Numbered from the stretch's first letter, positions 50,175 through 59,566 are shown. The stretch is DNA of 64,000 bases from an uncultured Acidobacteriota bacterium (GCA_963741955.1 CAVUKB010000001.1:64001-128000), one strand, 5' to 3'. Translations and numbers: made by a program. Notes: generated by a model not told the origin, from the sequence alone.

Positions 50175-50535
50175 GGGGTCAGGGGTCAGGGGTCAGGGCG
50201 TATGGGGGTCAGGGGCACAGACTTGAGGAGCGAAGTGATGCGACCGCGCCCGACGAATGCAGAATGCAGAGTTCAGAATTGAGAATTCAGAGTTCAGGCG
50301 CCACCGGCGGCCGATGGCCATCTTTGAGCCAACGAATGGCGAGGGCGAATTCGAAAATCGTCGTCGCGCCCCGAAGGGCAACGGCCGGAGTTTCGCAGCA
50401 GAATGAGTGAAGGGAAGGTCTCCTTTCTCAACTCTGAATTCTGCATTTTGCATTCTGCATTCGCCGTGGACGACCCGATTCGCACGGCGGTGCAGTCACG
50501 AGAAAGCCAGAGTTTGTGCTATGGGGGTCAGGGGA
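50175..50535. repeat. Nested heptamer tracts: (GGGGTCA)n outside, inverted (GCAGAAT)n / (ATTCTGC)n inside
   Basis: 50175-50217 ggggtca repeats; 50251-50296 gcagaat-type; 50426-50463 its reverse complement; 50520-50535 tatgggggtcagggg again. Confidence 0.8.
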
Positions 50536-50594
50536 TACGTCCGAGTCTTTGAGGCTCGAAGCTTCCGGACACCTGTATCCTGCAATTCGGAGGA

Positions 50595-51341
50595 ATGATG
50601 AAGATCGATCTCTCGGGAAAGAACGCACTCGTGACCGGAGCTTCACGTGGAATCGGAGAAGGGATTGCGCGGCGTCTCGGTGAGACGGGAGCGACGGTGC
50701 TCTGCGCTGCGCGCAAGCGCGAGAGTGTCGAACGGATCGCCGGTGAGATCGAGAGCGGAGGTGGGAAGGCGATTCCGGTCGCCCTCGACATCACCGCGCC
50801 CGATCTCCGGGAACGGGTGAAAGAGATTCTGGAGCAGCACGAGCGCATCGACATCCTGGTGAACAACGCCGGAATCACCGAAGACGATCTATTCATCCGG
50901 ATGAAACCGGAGGCGTGGGACTCGGTGATGCGGACGAATCTCGATTCGATCTTCCATCTGACCCAGGAAGTGGTGAAGAAGATGATCCGTGCACGATGGG
51001 GACGGGTGATCAACATCTCCTCTGTGGTCGGGCTGATGGGCAACGTGGGTCAGGTGAATTACGCGGCATCGAAGGCGGGGATCATCGGCTTCACCAAGGC
51101 GCTCGCGCTCGAGATCGGATCGCGCAACGTCACCGTCAATGCCGTCGCCCCGGGGTACATCGCGACGGCGATGACGGACGCGATGACGGACGAGGCGAAG
51201 GCACGGCTCGAGGAGCGCATCGCTCTGCGGCGTCTCGGCAGCGTCGATGACGTCGCATGGTCGGTCGCGTTCCTCGCCTCGGAGGAAGCAGGCTACATCA
51301 CCGGGACCGTGCTCAACGTCAGTGGCGGTCTTTACACCTGA
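50595..51341 (+). CDS. fabG: 3-oxoacyl-ACP reductase
   Basis: TGASRGIG, NNAGIT, YAASKAG, VNAVAPG. Confidence 0.95.
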   Translation: MMKIDLSGKNALVTGASRGIGEGIARRLGETGATVLCAARKRESVERIAGEIESGGGKAIPVALDITAPDLRERVKEILEQHERIDILVNNAGITEDDLFIRMKPEAWDSVMRTNLDSIFHLTQEVVKKMIRARWGRVINISSVVGLMGNVGQVNYAASKAGIIGFTKALALEIGSRNVTVNAVAPGYIATAMTDAMTDEAKARLEERIALRRLGSVDDVAWSVAFLASEEAGYITGTVLNVSGGLYT

Positions 51342-51422
51342 CGAGCGGCAGCGTCGGCCTCCCTCCCCAGGCTGCACTGCGCCGAGCTCTCCATCACGGG
51401 GAGAGGCATCGTGGCTGGGGCG

Positions 51423-51734
51423 TCAGCGTTCGCCGCGGTTCTCAGTCGATCTGGCGATACTCGTCCACGACTGGAAAAGCTCCGGCGAATTGCTCGCCCA
51501 GCGGTCGAGAGCGATCACCAGCAGCTTCTCCTCTCCGGCCTGCCGGATCTCCAGGATCTGGCGGAGCAGTTCGTCGGGTGTGATGCCTTCCTTTCCGGCA
51601 ACCACCGCCCAGGCACATCGCGCAATCCGGGTGAAAGGGCCGATCGTCGAGATCGCCCGTTCGGTTCGGGATTGCCGCTCCTCGTCCATCCCGGTCAGAA
51701 TCACGACGAAACGTCGCGTCGATTTCGATTCCAT
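51423..51734 (-). CDS. Small hypothetical protein, possible ferredoxin-like (Cas2/VapD-like) fold
   Basis: Protein-like composition, SD GAGGGG; beta-alpha-beta-beta-alpha-beta pattern (FVVIL / ERAISTIG / WAVV / DELLRQI / KLLVIAL). Confidence 0.5.
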   Translation of the reverse strand: MESKSTRRFVVILTGMDEERQSRTERAISTIGPFTRIARCAWAVVAGKEGITPDELLRQILEIRQAGEEKLLVIALDRWASNSPELFQSWTSIARSTENRGER

Positions 51735-51975
51735 TCGCTGGTTCCCCTCTCGAACTGCAAAGTCCCGTCAGAGGAGTGTCGGAGAGAGCCTGAACCCTAC
51801 CCGGAGCGAAAAATTCGGGCTATGGCAGCGAGGCCAGATTCGTTCGGATTTGAGGTGCGTAGCGGTGGCGACTCGCCGAAAATCCGGACGGATTTTGACC
51901 GCTGATCCGCTTTCGCAGCAGGACAGTTTTTACCGCGCAGACTCCTATGCGCGCGCGAAGGGTGTGAAGAAACGG

Positions 51976-52051
51976 TGGTGCGCCCTGAGGGACTCGAACC
52001 CCCAACCCTCAGATCCGAAGTCTGATGCTCTATCCATTGAGCTAAGGGCGC
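51976..52051 (-). tRNA. tRNA-Arg (anticodon UCG), encoded CCA
   Basis: GCGCCCTTAGCTCAATGGATAGAGCATCAGA-CTTCGGA-TCTGAGGGTTGGGGGTTCGAGTCCCTCAGGGCGCACCA, 76 nt cloverleaf. Confidence 0.96.
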
Positions 52052-52270
52052 TCGCGGAGCGTAAGCCACGATAGCACAAACGCGGGGTGGCATCGATTTC
52101 GACCGGTCATCTCCACGAGTCTTCCAGGAGAGTCGTTCCGCTTCAGTCCGGCGCCGCCGTCCAGGGTCGCCGGGGGGGTCGGAAGACGCGCCGTGGGTCG
52201 AGACGAGAGTCACGCGACTGCCGCGAGAATGCGCGCTGCCGCCTCGCGTTTCTTCTCTCGATCGATCCAG

Positions 52271-52320
52271 CGTCGCGGCTCCTGCCGCGACGCCCGCACG
52301 GCAGAAGCCGTGCCGCCCCA
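52271..52320. repeat. REP-like double hairpin (copy 2)
   Basis: cgtcgcggc-tcct-gccgcgacg ..gcacggc-agaa-gccgtgc; related to 36588-36638. Confidence 0.7.
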
Positions 52321-52777
52321 GCGGCACCACGGGAGATTTCATAGACACTTTCGTCTGCCCTCGCGGTCATAGAGATCGCCTTGCGATATCAACCGTTCAC
52401 GCCTGTCACCGGGACGATCCGAAGCTCATGATCCGAGCCCGCCCACGCGAACGCCATCCACCGTCCCGGTCGCGCCTTCCGGCTGGAACCTGCAGCATCG
52501 TGTATGTGACTATCTCGGAACCGGGCGCACGGAAGAGTGTGAACGGCCTCCTGCACGACTGCGTGCATTACGGGTCCGTGATCCGGACCATTCACGGGTT
52601 TTCGTCGCGCGCTCCGCAGTGGACGTCCCGTGTAATCCGGACAGGGCCGGCCGGTCGTTTGAGCGCGCAGACTCCTGGGGACGGATCGGGCGGCCGGAGC
52701 TCATACACCGCCCCTGATCCAATGGGGGGGGTACCCTCCCGAGGCACTTTCACGTAGACTGTGCGGTGGAGGAAGCC

Positions 52778-53212
52778 ATGGCAAATGACGCAAACCTGAC
52801 CCTCAGTCCCAGTGAGGCCCAATACGTAATCGAAAAAGCACTCAAAGACAAGAAGCTGAAGCAGTCGGATATACGCGAGTATCGCAAGGCGCTCGACACC
52901 GAGATCGCGGATCTCGACCGCCGCCTGAGTGAGCTCCGCAGCATGAAGCGAGGTGGTGCAGCCCCGGCCCCGGCCGCCGCTCCGGCGAGTGCACCGAAGC
53001 CGGCTCGTGGCCGCCGTTCTCGCAAGCGCTCGGCTCGAAAAGCAGGTGGCTCGAACACCGCCGAGCTGGCGAATTCGCGTAAGATCCAGGGGCAGTACCT
53101 CGGATATCTCCGTCAGATCCCGGAGCGGAACCGCAAACGTTTCCAGGCGATGGCGAAGAACGAGAGCCGAGAGACCGCGATCGCAGCAATGAAGAAGACA
53201 CTCGGGAAGTAA
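52778..53212 (+). CDS. Basic hypothetical protein (coiled coil, Pro/Ala/Arg linker, small C-terminal domain)
   Basis: SD GGAGGA; native codon usage; hairpin agttccg/cggaact after the stop. Confidence 0.8.
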   Translation: MANDANLTLSPSEAQYVIEKALKDKKLKQSDIREYRKALDTEIADLDRRLSELRSMKRGGAAPAPAAAPASAPKPARGRRSRKRSARKAGGSNTAELANSRKIQGQYLGYLRQIPERNRKRFQAMAKNESRETAIAAMKKTLGK

Positions 53213-53378
53213 GTTCCGAATCAACGGAACTCGCTTTTCCGGCTGCGCCGGCACCACCCGGCAATTTCGGACCGAGCGATATCCTGTGCAGTAGCCGAAA
53301 GGGGGCGGCGACTTCAGGTCACGCCCCCTTTCCGCATTCTTCTTGCACTCTCCTTTCCCGACAGTGAAAGGAGCTTCC

Positions 53379-53951
53379 ATGCCGCAAGGAGAAGAGACGC
53401 ACGGACACGTTCCACCGATGGAATCGAGCGAAGAGGCGAGCTCGAAACAACTCACCTATGCCCGCAGACAGGGCGACACACTCCAGGATGCGATCGACGC
53501 GATGCTGAAGATGGATCGCCACAGCCAGGAGCGACGTGCGGGCGAGTTCCTGGTCAGCTGCGTGGTCGAGGATGCCGAGGGGATGTGGGTTCCCCGAGAC
53601 GACGGAGCACTCGAATGGGAGGAGCCCGACGAGCAGAATCTCCACGTCGAAGTCCTCGTTCGTGATGGTGCGGACCGCCGCTTCATTCCCGGCCTCCGCG
53701 TCACCCTCACCCTCATCGGCCCGGATGGCAACGAGATCGGAACTCACGAGCAGCCGTTTCTCTGGCACCCATGGCTGTTTCATTACGGGCGGAACTGGAA
53801 AGTTCCGGGAGACGGCGAGTACCGCGCCCGCATCCATATCGACGCTCCCTCCTTCGCGCGGCACGACCACAGGAACGGCAAACGCTATGCGCGGCCGGTG
53901 GACGTCGAGCTCGGACCGATCCACGTCGAGACCGGGAGGAAGGCATCGTAG
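53379..53951 (+). CDS. Iron-transport (P19/Tp34-like) family protein
   Basis: EDAEGMW, NLHVEV, RFIPGL.V, HYGRN, GDGEY, FARHD; SD AAAGGAG; no signal peptide seen. Confidence 0.75.
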   Translation: MPQGEETHGHVPPMESSEEASSKQLTYARRQGDTLQDAIDAMLKMDRHSQERRAGEFLVSCVVEDAEGMWVPRDDGALEWEEPDEQNLHVEVLVRDGADRRFIPGLRVTLTLIGPDGNEIGTHEQPFLWHPWLFHYGRNWKVPGDGEYRARIHIDAPSFARHDHRNGKRYARPVDVELGPIHVETGRKAS

Positions 53952-54115
53952 ATCGAGGACCTGAGAGACATCTGAGATCGAGGATCGAGGATCTGAAAGA
54001 CATCGAGGATCTGAGATCGAGGATCGAGGATCTGAAAGACATCGAGGATCTGAGATCGAGGATCGAGGATCTGAAAGGCATCGAGGATCTGAAAGGCATT
54101 CGACATCGAGGATCG
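53951..54115. repeat. Heptamer tract (GAGGATC) with GATCTGAAAGRCATC, inverse of 7420-7686
   Basis: Directly visible after the stop codon. Confidence 0.9.
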
Positions 54116-54248
54116 GAGGAGTCCCGAGGAGTGAGAGGGGACCTGTTCGGGCGGGACGGCAGTCCGCCCGCGGAGTCTGGTGGAATCTTTCCCCTTTCCG
54201 GACGTTGTAGCCGCCGTCGGCCGGACCGAACGAACGTCTCGCGGATGG

Positions 54249-54276
54249 TCGACAGAGGCGACACGATCTGTATAAT
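54249..54276 (+). promoter_or_regulatory. Promoter of tRNA-Thr
   Basis: TCGACA, 16 nt spacer, TATAAT, followed by a GC-rich discriminator. Confidence 0.65.
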
Positions 54277-54312
54277 GTCGCGCGGCTCCGGGCTGGAGCC
54301 GTTACGCAGTCC

Positions 54313-54388
54313 GCCGTTGTAGCTCAGTCGGTAGAGCAGCTGATTCGTAATCAGCAGGTCAGCGGTTCAAGTCCGCTCAACGGCTCCA
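54313..54388 (+). tRNA. tRNA-Thr (anticodon CGU), encoded CCA
   Basis: GCCGTTGTAGCTCAGTCGGTAGAGCAGCTGA-TTCGTAA-TCAGCAGGTCAGCGGTTCAAGTCCGCTCAACGGCTCCA. Confidence 0.96.
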
Positions 54389-54615
54389 CTACGACATTCT
54401 CCGAGCCACTGGCAACAGTGGCTCGTCTCGTTTCTGATCCCGGCCCACCGCCGGTCCCGCTTCCGGATCCATCGATTCTCCGTGACGCGCCCTTTCCCGT
54501 TGCTTTCCGAGCCTCGATCCCCGAGCCCCGAGCCTCGATCCCCGAGAAATGCGGGCTGGCATTTCCGGCAGAGCTCTCGCATCTTGTCCAGAGGACATCC
54601 TGACGGAGGGAAAGT

Positions 54616-55119
54616 ATGAAAGAGCAGAACGGACGAAGTCTTCTCGCCGATGTCGCGCTCGGCGCGGCTGCCGGCCTGGCGGGAGCGTGGCTGATGAACC
54701 AGACCACCACCGCGATCTACGACCATCAGTCGGAGGAATCGCTCGAAGAAGAACATCGCGTGCGGGGCGGCGAGAGCGCGTACGAAACGGCTGCGGAGAA
54801 GGCGGCCCGTGCATTCGGGCAGGAATTGACGAAGGATCAGAAATCGACCGCAGCGACGGCGATTCACTGGTCGTTGGGACCGGCCGCCGGTGCGATCTAC
54901 GGCGCTCTCCGTCACGCCATGCCTTCACTCGGTGCCGGGTCGGGAATCGCGTACGGGCTCCTCTTCTGGCTCGCGGTGGACGAAGGTGCGAACACCGCGC
55001 TCGGACTCACCCCGCCCCCGCAGAAGTTCCCGTGGCAGGCGCATGCGCGCGGCGTCGCGGGTCACCTCGTGCTCGGCGCGACGATCGAGTCGGCATTCGA
55101 TCTGTTCGACCGGGCCTAG
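54616..55119 (+). CDS. DUF1440-like membrane protein
   Basis: LGAAAGLAGAWLMN, IHWSLG..GAIYG, DEG...LGL..PP...P...H....GHLVLG. Confidence 0.75.
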   Translation: MKEQNGRSLLADVALGAAAGLAGAWLMNQTTTAIYDHQSEESLEEEHRVRGGESAYETAAEKAARAFGQELTKDQKSTAATAIHWSLGPAAGAIYGALRHAMPSLGAGSGIAYGLLFWLAVDEGANTALGLTPPPQKFPWQAHARGVAGHLVLGATIESAFDLFDRA

Positions 55120-55416
55120 GAGTCTGCGCGATAGCAACGTCCGTAGCGAGAAAGCGGAGCAACGAGCCGTCGCGCTCGGATGAGGCGTTGCCTCTGCCAC
55201 GTGCGTCCTCTCGATCCGCTCCGAACAAGACTCCGGTGGCGGATCAGAGGATCCGCGCTCTCGGCGTGCGCGGGGCGCGACGTCCACGTCGTACGCGATG
55301 AAGAGCGTGCGGTCGCGAGAATGTGGAGCAGTGAGGCCGCACGCGGTAGCGCCCTTGCAAGTACGTCGGTCTGCTGAAGCGGCGCCGCGATCGCCGCCAC
55401 TCTTTATGGAGACTTT

Positions 55417-56664
55417 TTGGAACAGGTTCATCTAGCCCTCGCCGTAACGGGCGCGGTCGTTCTTCTGCTCGGACTCTTCTCGGGAACGGTCCGCAAGCTT
55501 CCGTTCATCACCCGGCCGATCGCCGCATTGGTGGTCGGAGCCGTCCTCGGTCCGGCCGTTACCGGTGTCGTGCAGCCATCACGGTGGACGATGTCGCCCG
55601 AGTCCCTCCTCGAGGAGCTGGCACGGATCACCCTCGGCATCGCGCTGGTCAGCGTGGCGATGCGGCTTCCTCCGGGATACGTCCGACGGCGCTGGCGGTC
55701 CCTACTGACCGTGCTTCTGCTGGTCATGCCGCTGATGTGGGTGAGCACCGGTCTGGTGCTCTGGCTGTTGGGCGGCCTCCCGATCTGGCTCGCACTCCTC
55801 CTTGGGGCCATTCTCACCCCGACCGACCCCGTGGTCGCCGGAACGATCGTCACCGGAGACGTCGCAGAGAAGAATCTTCCGCCGCGACTCCGGCACCTCA
55901 TCACCGCGGAATCGGGAGCGAACGACGGACTCGCTCATCCGCTCGTCTTCGCCAGCATTCTACTGATCGCCCCGGCGAGTCACGGGACGGCCAGTGAATG
56001 GATCGTCGAGTACGTGTTGAAGGATGTCGTCGCGACGATCGCGTTCGGGATCGCCCTCGGGTACGCAGTCGGATGGATCATGACTCACATCGAAGGGGAC
56101 GAGATCAGCATCAAAGGTGCGCCATTCGTCGCATATGCGGTGGCACTGTCGCTCACCGTTCTCGGCGGAGCCGAACTGATGGGGATGAATGGCGTCCTCG
56201 CTGTGTTCGTGGCGGGCGTCGCATTCAATGACAGCGTCAAAGGTTCCCAGCGGACCACCGTCGATGTCGTCGAGCAGGCCGTGAATCAGTTCTTCATTCT
56301 GCCGATCTTCATCTTTCTCGGCTTCGCCGCGCCGTGGCACGAATGGACCAGGATCGGCTGGCGCGCGCCGGCCGTCGCGATCGCGGTGCTCCTCTTTCGT
56401 CGTATCCCCGTTCTCGCTCTCACCGGACGTCTGATCCCGGCGGTGGAAGGAAAGAGGGACCGTCTCTTCGTCGGCTGGTTCGGTCCGGTCGGCATCGCCG
56501 CGGTCTATTACGCCGCGGTCGCGGAACGCCATCTCCAGGACCCGAGAATCTGGCCCTTCGCCAGTCTGGTCATCATCACCTCGATCTTCGCCCACAGCCT
56601 CACCGCAACCCCGTTGACGCGGCGTTACGGCCGGATGACCGAGCACGATCGCACGGAAGAATGA
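55417..56664 (+). CDS. Cation:proton antiporter (CPA1, NhaP-like)
   Basis: LTPTDPVVA, AESGANDGLA, GWFGPVGIAA; about 12 TM segments; TTG start. Confidence 0.9.
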   Translation: MEQVHLALAVTGAVVLLLGLFSGTVRKLPFITRPIAALVVGAVLGPAVTGVVQPSRWTMSPESLLEELARITLGIALVSVAMRLPPGYVRRRWRSLLTVLLLVMPLMWVSTGLVLWLLGGLPIWLALLLGAILTPTDPVVAGTIVTGDVAEKNLPPRLRHLITAESGANDGLAHPLVFASILLIAPASHGTASEWIVEYVLKDVVATIAFGIALGYAVGWIMTHIEGDEISIKGAPFVAYAVALSLTVLGGAELMGMNGVLAVFVAGVAFNDSVKGSQRTTVDVVEQAVNQFFILPIFIFLGFAAPWHEWTRIGWRAPAVAIAVLLFRRIPVLALTGRLIPAVEGKRDRLFVGWFGPVGIAAVYYAAVAERHLQDPRIWPFASLVIITSIFAHSLTATPLTRRYGRMTEHDRTEE

Positions 56665-56823
56665 GCCTCCGGTTTCGGCCTTGCGTGATGTTGAGGATCC
56701 CGCAACGCCCGCAGAGCACCCACCCCTTGCCGTGGCAACGATCATCTCCTTCTCTTCGAGAGGATCAATTCTTCTGTTGCGGAAGCGATCCAGTGAACTT
56801 TATTTGGCATGTGCCTTCAGTCG

Positions 56824-56838
56824 CAGAATTAAATTCTG
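56824..56838. promoter_or_regulatory. Palindromic Lrp-type operator
   Basis: CAGAAT-TAA-ATTCTG, 34 nt upstream of the Lrp gene, in an AT-rich patch. Confidence 0.6.
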
Positions 56839-56872
56839 TATACTGGCCGAAATTCAGAACGAATGAGGTGAG

Positions 56873-57331
56873 ATGATGCAGCTCGACGCCACAGACAGAA
56901 AGATCCTCAAGGCGCTTCAGGACGACGCTCGGATGCAGAATGCCGATCTTGCGCGCTCGCTCGATCTGGCGCCTTCCGCGACGCTGGCGCGGATCAGGAA
57001 GCTCGAGAATGCGAAGGTGCTGCAGGGATACGAAGCGCGGGTCGACCCTGACGTCATCGAGGCGGGGCTCCTCACGTTCGTCTTCATCCGCACCGACGAA
57101 GCTGCCGGAGACACCGCGGCGGCGAAAGCGATGGCAAAGCTTCCCGAAGTGCTCGAGGTCCACCACGTCGCGGGTGACGACGGCTACCTGGTGAAGATTC
57201 GGGTCGCGGACACTGCGGCGCTGGCGAAGCTTCTCCGGGAAAAGCTCGGGAAGATCCGCAACATCCGGAGCATCAAGACCGCCATCGTGCTCGAGACGGT
57301 GAAGGAGTCGGGAAAGATCCCCATCGCCTGA
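56873..57331 (+). CDS. Lrp/AsnC family transcriptional regulator
   Basis: LDATDRKILKALQDDARM...RIRKLE...PEVLEVHHVAGDDGYLVKI...T.IVLETVKE. Confidence 0.94.
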   Translation: MMQLDATDRKILKALQDDARMQNADLARSLDLAPSATLARIRKLENAKVLQGYEARVDPDVIEAGLLTFVFIRTDEAAGDTAAAKAMAKLPEVLEVHHVAGDDGYLVKIRVADTAALAKLLREKLGKIRNIRSIKTAIVLETVKESGKIPIA

Positions 57332-57430
57332 GCCTCGATGAACACGCGCGCGTTCAGAGAACCCTTCGACGCGAGTCTCACGAGCGCATCTCATGCCGGT
57401 TTCTGAGCCGTCGTCCGTTCCGACGACGGC

Positions 57431-58582
57431 TCACCGGATCGTTGTCGTTGCGCGATGCCGCTCGGAACCTTCGTGGATCCCTTTCTTCCGGTCCCTCAGG
57501 AATCCGCCGTCACGATCGGAGAAGACGGCCCGGATCTCGGCCACGATGGAGACTGCGATCTCTTCCGGTCCGTCGGCGCCGAGGTCCAGTCCCACCGGCG
57601 CGTGAAGACGCTCGAGAAACGAAGGGGAGGGACGTGCGCCTCTTGTGACCGCCTCTGCCAGAAGCCGCTCGCTCCTTCGTTTCGGACCGAGTATGCCGGT
57701 GTATCCCGGCTCGTGCGAGATGAGCTCACAGAGCGTCGAGACGTCGTCTTCGAACCGGTGAGTCATGACCACGACCGCGGTGCGGCGATCGATCTTCACC
57801 GGCAGCGGTCCATCACCGACCAGCACGACTTCGTCCGCCATCGGGAAACGTTCCGGGCTCGCGAATGCGGGACGCCGGTCGGCCACCACGACTTTCCATC
57901 CCAACGAGATGGCGATGCGGGCCAGAGGCGCCGCGTCGGCGCCTCCCCCGAAGATGACCAGAGCGGGACGCGGCTCGAGCACTTCCAGGAGCACGTCCGC
58001 CGAACCGCCGGTGACATCGAAATGTTCGACGTGCGAACAGCCGACGCACATCCACTCGCGGAGTGCGCTTCGAACGGCTCCGCCGAGCTCCGGCGGCTCG
58101 ATCACTCCCGCCGGGTCGGATCCCTCGCGAAGATGAATCCGTCCCCCCAATGCAGCACACGCCGCTCCGGTCGTGCGGAACACGGTCGCACTCGCGGCCG
58201 GGATGCGGCTGATCAGCGCGTCCTGGAGGAATGCGAGATGGGCCCGCACGTGAGGCGCCGCCGAGTCTTCGAGGAGGATCTCCAGCGATCCGCCGCAGCC
58301 GAGGCCGAGTCCCCAGAGGAGATCGGCGGCGTCGGAGGAGTCGTAGCGGACCACGTGCGGCGTGCCGCTCGCCACGACGCGTTGTGCATGAGCGAGAAGA
58401 TCGCTGTCCATGCAGCCGCCGCTGATCATGCCGTGGAATTCACCGTCGAGCGTGACGAGCATGCGTGCTCCGGGACGACGGTAGCTGGATCCTTCGGTTC
58501 CCACGACAGTCGCGAGAACGAACTTCCGGTTTTCGTTCTCGAGCCGTTGAAACGTGCGCGCGAGAGAGATCAGGTCACTCAT
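57431..58582 (-). CDS. XdhC/CoxI family molybdoenzyme accessory protein
   Basis: LATVV..EGSSYRRPGARM, ISGGC, GLGCGG, FGGGADA, MTH, GILGP, APVGLDLGA..PEEIA.SI. Confidence 0.92.
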   Translation of the reverse strand: MSDLISLARTFQRLENENRKFVLATVVGTEGSSYRRPGARMLVTLDGEFHGMISGGCMDSDLLAHAQRVVASGTPHVVRYDSSDAADLLWGLGLGCGGSLEILLEDSAAPHVRAHLAFLQDALISRIPAASATVFRTTGAACAALGGRIHLREGSDPAGVIEPPELGGAVRSALREWMCVGCSHVEHFDVTGGSADVLLEVLEPRPALVIFGGGADAAPLARIAISLGWKVVVADRRPAFASPERFPMADEVVLVGDGPLPVKIDRRTAVVVMTHRFEDDVSTLCELISHEPGYTGILGPKRRSERLLAEAVTRGARPSPSFLERLHAPVGLDLGADGPEEIAVSIVAEIRAVFSDRDGGFLRDRKKGIHEGSERHRATTTIR

Positions 58583-58747
58583 CGGGTCTCCGTCTCGAGG
58601 TCTCCGCGGCGGATGATGCGGCTCGCGGACGGGAGGATCTCGGGCAGAGAAATCATACACCCGGGAGGCGAGAGGCGAGAGAGAGTCGAATCCTCATTCG
58701 GATTCAAGAATCCAATCCTCGCCGCTCGCCGCTCGCCCTCGAGCCTC

Positions 58748-59548
58748 GAGAAAATGGGATCGTTCAATCGCCCCTACGGGGCTCTCCGATCGTGCTCTTC
58801 CGCGATCAATCCCAGGACTGCGTCCTGGGCTATTGTCAGACGCCCCTACGGGGCTCCCCGAGCCTCGAGCCCCGAGCCTCGAGCCTCGAGGAAATGGGAT
58901 CGTTCAATCGCCCCTACGGGGCTCTCCGATCGTGGTCTTCCGCGATCAATCCCAGGACTGCGTCCTGGGCTATTGTCAGACGCCCCTACGGGGCTCCCCG
59001 ACCCCCGATCCCCGATCCCCGAGCCTCGAGCCCCGAGCCTCGAGCCCCGAGCCTCGAGCCTCGAGAAAATGGGATCGTTCAATCGCCCCTACGGGGCTCT
59101 CCGATCGTGGTCTTCCGCGATCAATCCCAGGACTGCGTCCTGGGCTATTGTCAGACGCCCCTACGGGGCTCGCCGACCCCCGAGCCTCGAGCCTCGAGCC
59201 CCGAGCCTCGAGCCCCGAGCCTCGAGCCCCGAGCCTCGAGCCTCGAGCCTCGAGAAAATGGGATCGTTCAATCGCCCCTACGGGGCTCTCCGATGGTGCT
59301 CTTCCGCGATCAATCCCAGGACTGCGTCCTGGGCTATTGTCAGACGCCCCTACGGGGCTCCCCGATCCCCGATCCCCGAGCCTCGAGCCTCGAGCCTCGA
59401 GCCTCGAGCCTCGAGCCTCGAGAAAATGGGATCGTTCAATCGCCCCTACGGGGCTCTCCGATCGTGGTCTTCCGCGATCAATCCCAGGACTGCGTCCTGG
59501 GCTATTGTCAGACGCCCCTACGGGGCTCCCCGACCCCCGATCCCCGAG
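58748..59548. repeat. Five copies of a ~110-bp three-hairpin REP-like unit joined by variable heptamer linkers
   Basis: The unit has gcccc-tac-ggggc twice around cccaggac-tgc-gtcctggg; unit starts at 58748, 58888, 59063, 59252 and 59420. Confidence 0.95.
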
Positions 59549-59566
59549 TGATACCATCCCACGGCC

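Noticed and set aside
50297-50424. Remnant of a four-helix-bundle gene (TIFEFALAI in one minus-strand frame)
   Set aside because: The resemblance covers only ~9 residues, which is too short to support.
52330-52770. Riboswitch or ncRNA in the long intergenic region
   Set aside because: Some stems are present, but there is no motif I can match to a known family.
51342-58700. tRNA-anchored genomic island or prophage
   Set aside because: No integrase, no duplicated tRNA 3' end, and no clear compositional shift.
58748-59548. CRISPR array interpretation
   Set aside because: The constant part is ~110 bp and the variable part is low-complexity heptamer, not acquired spacer.
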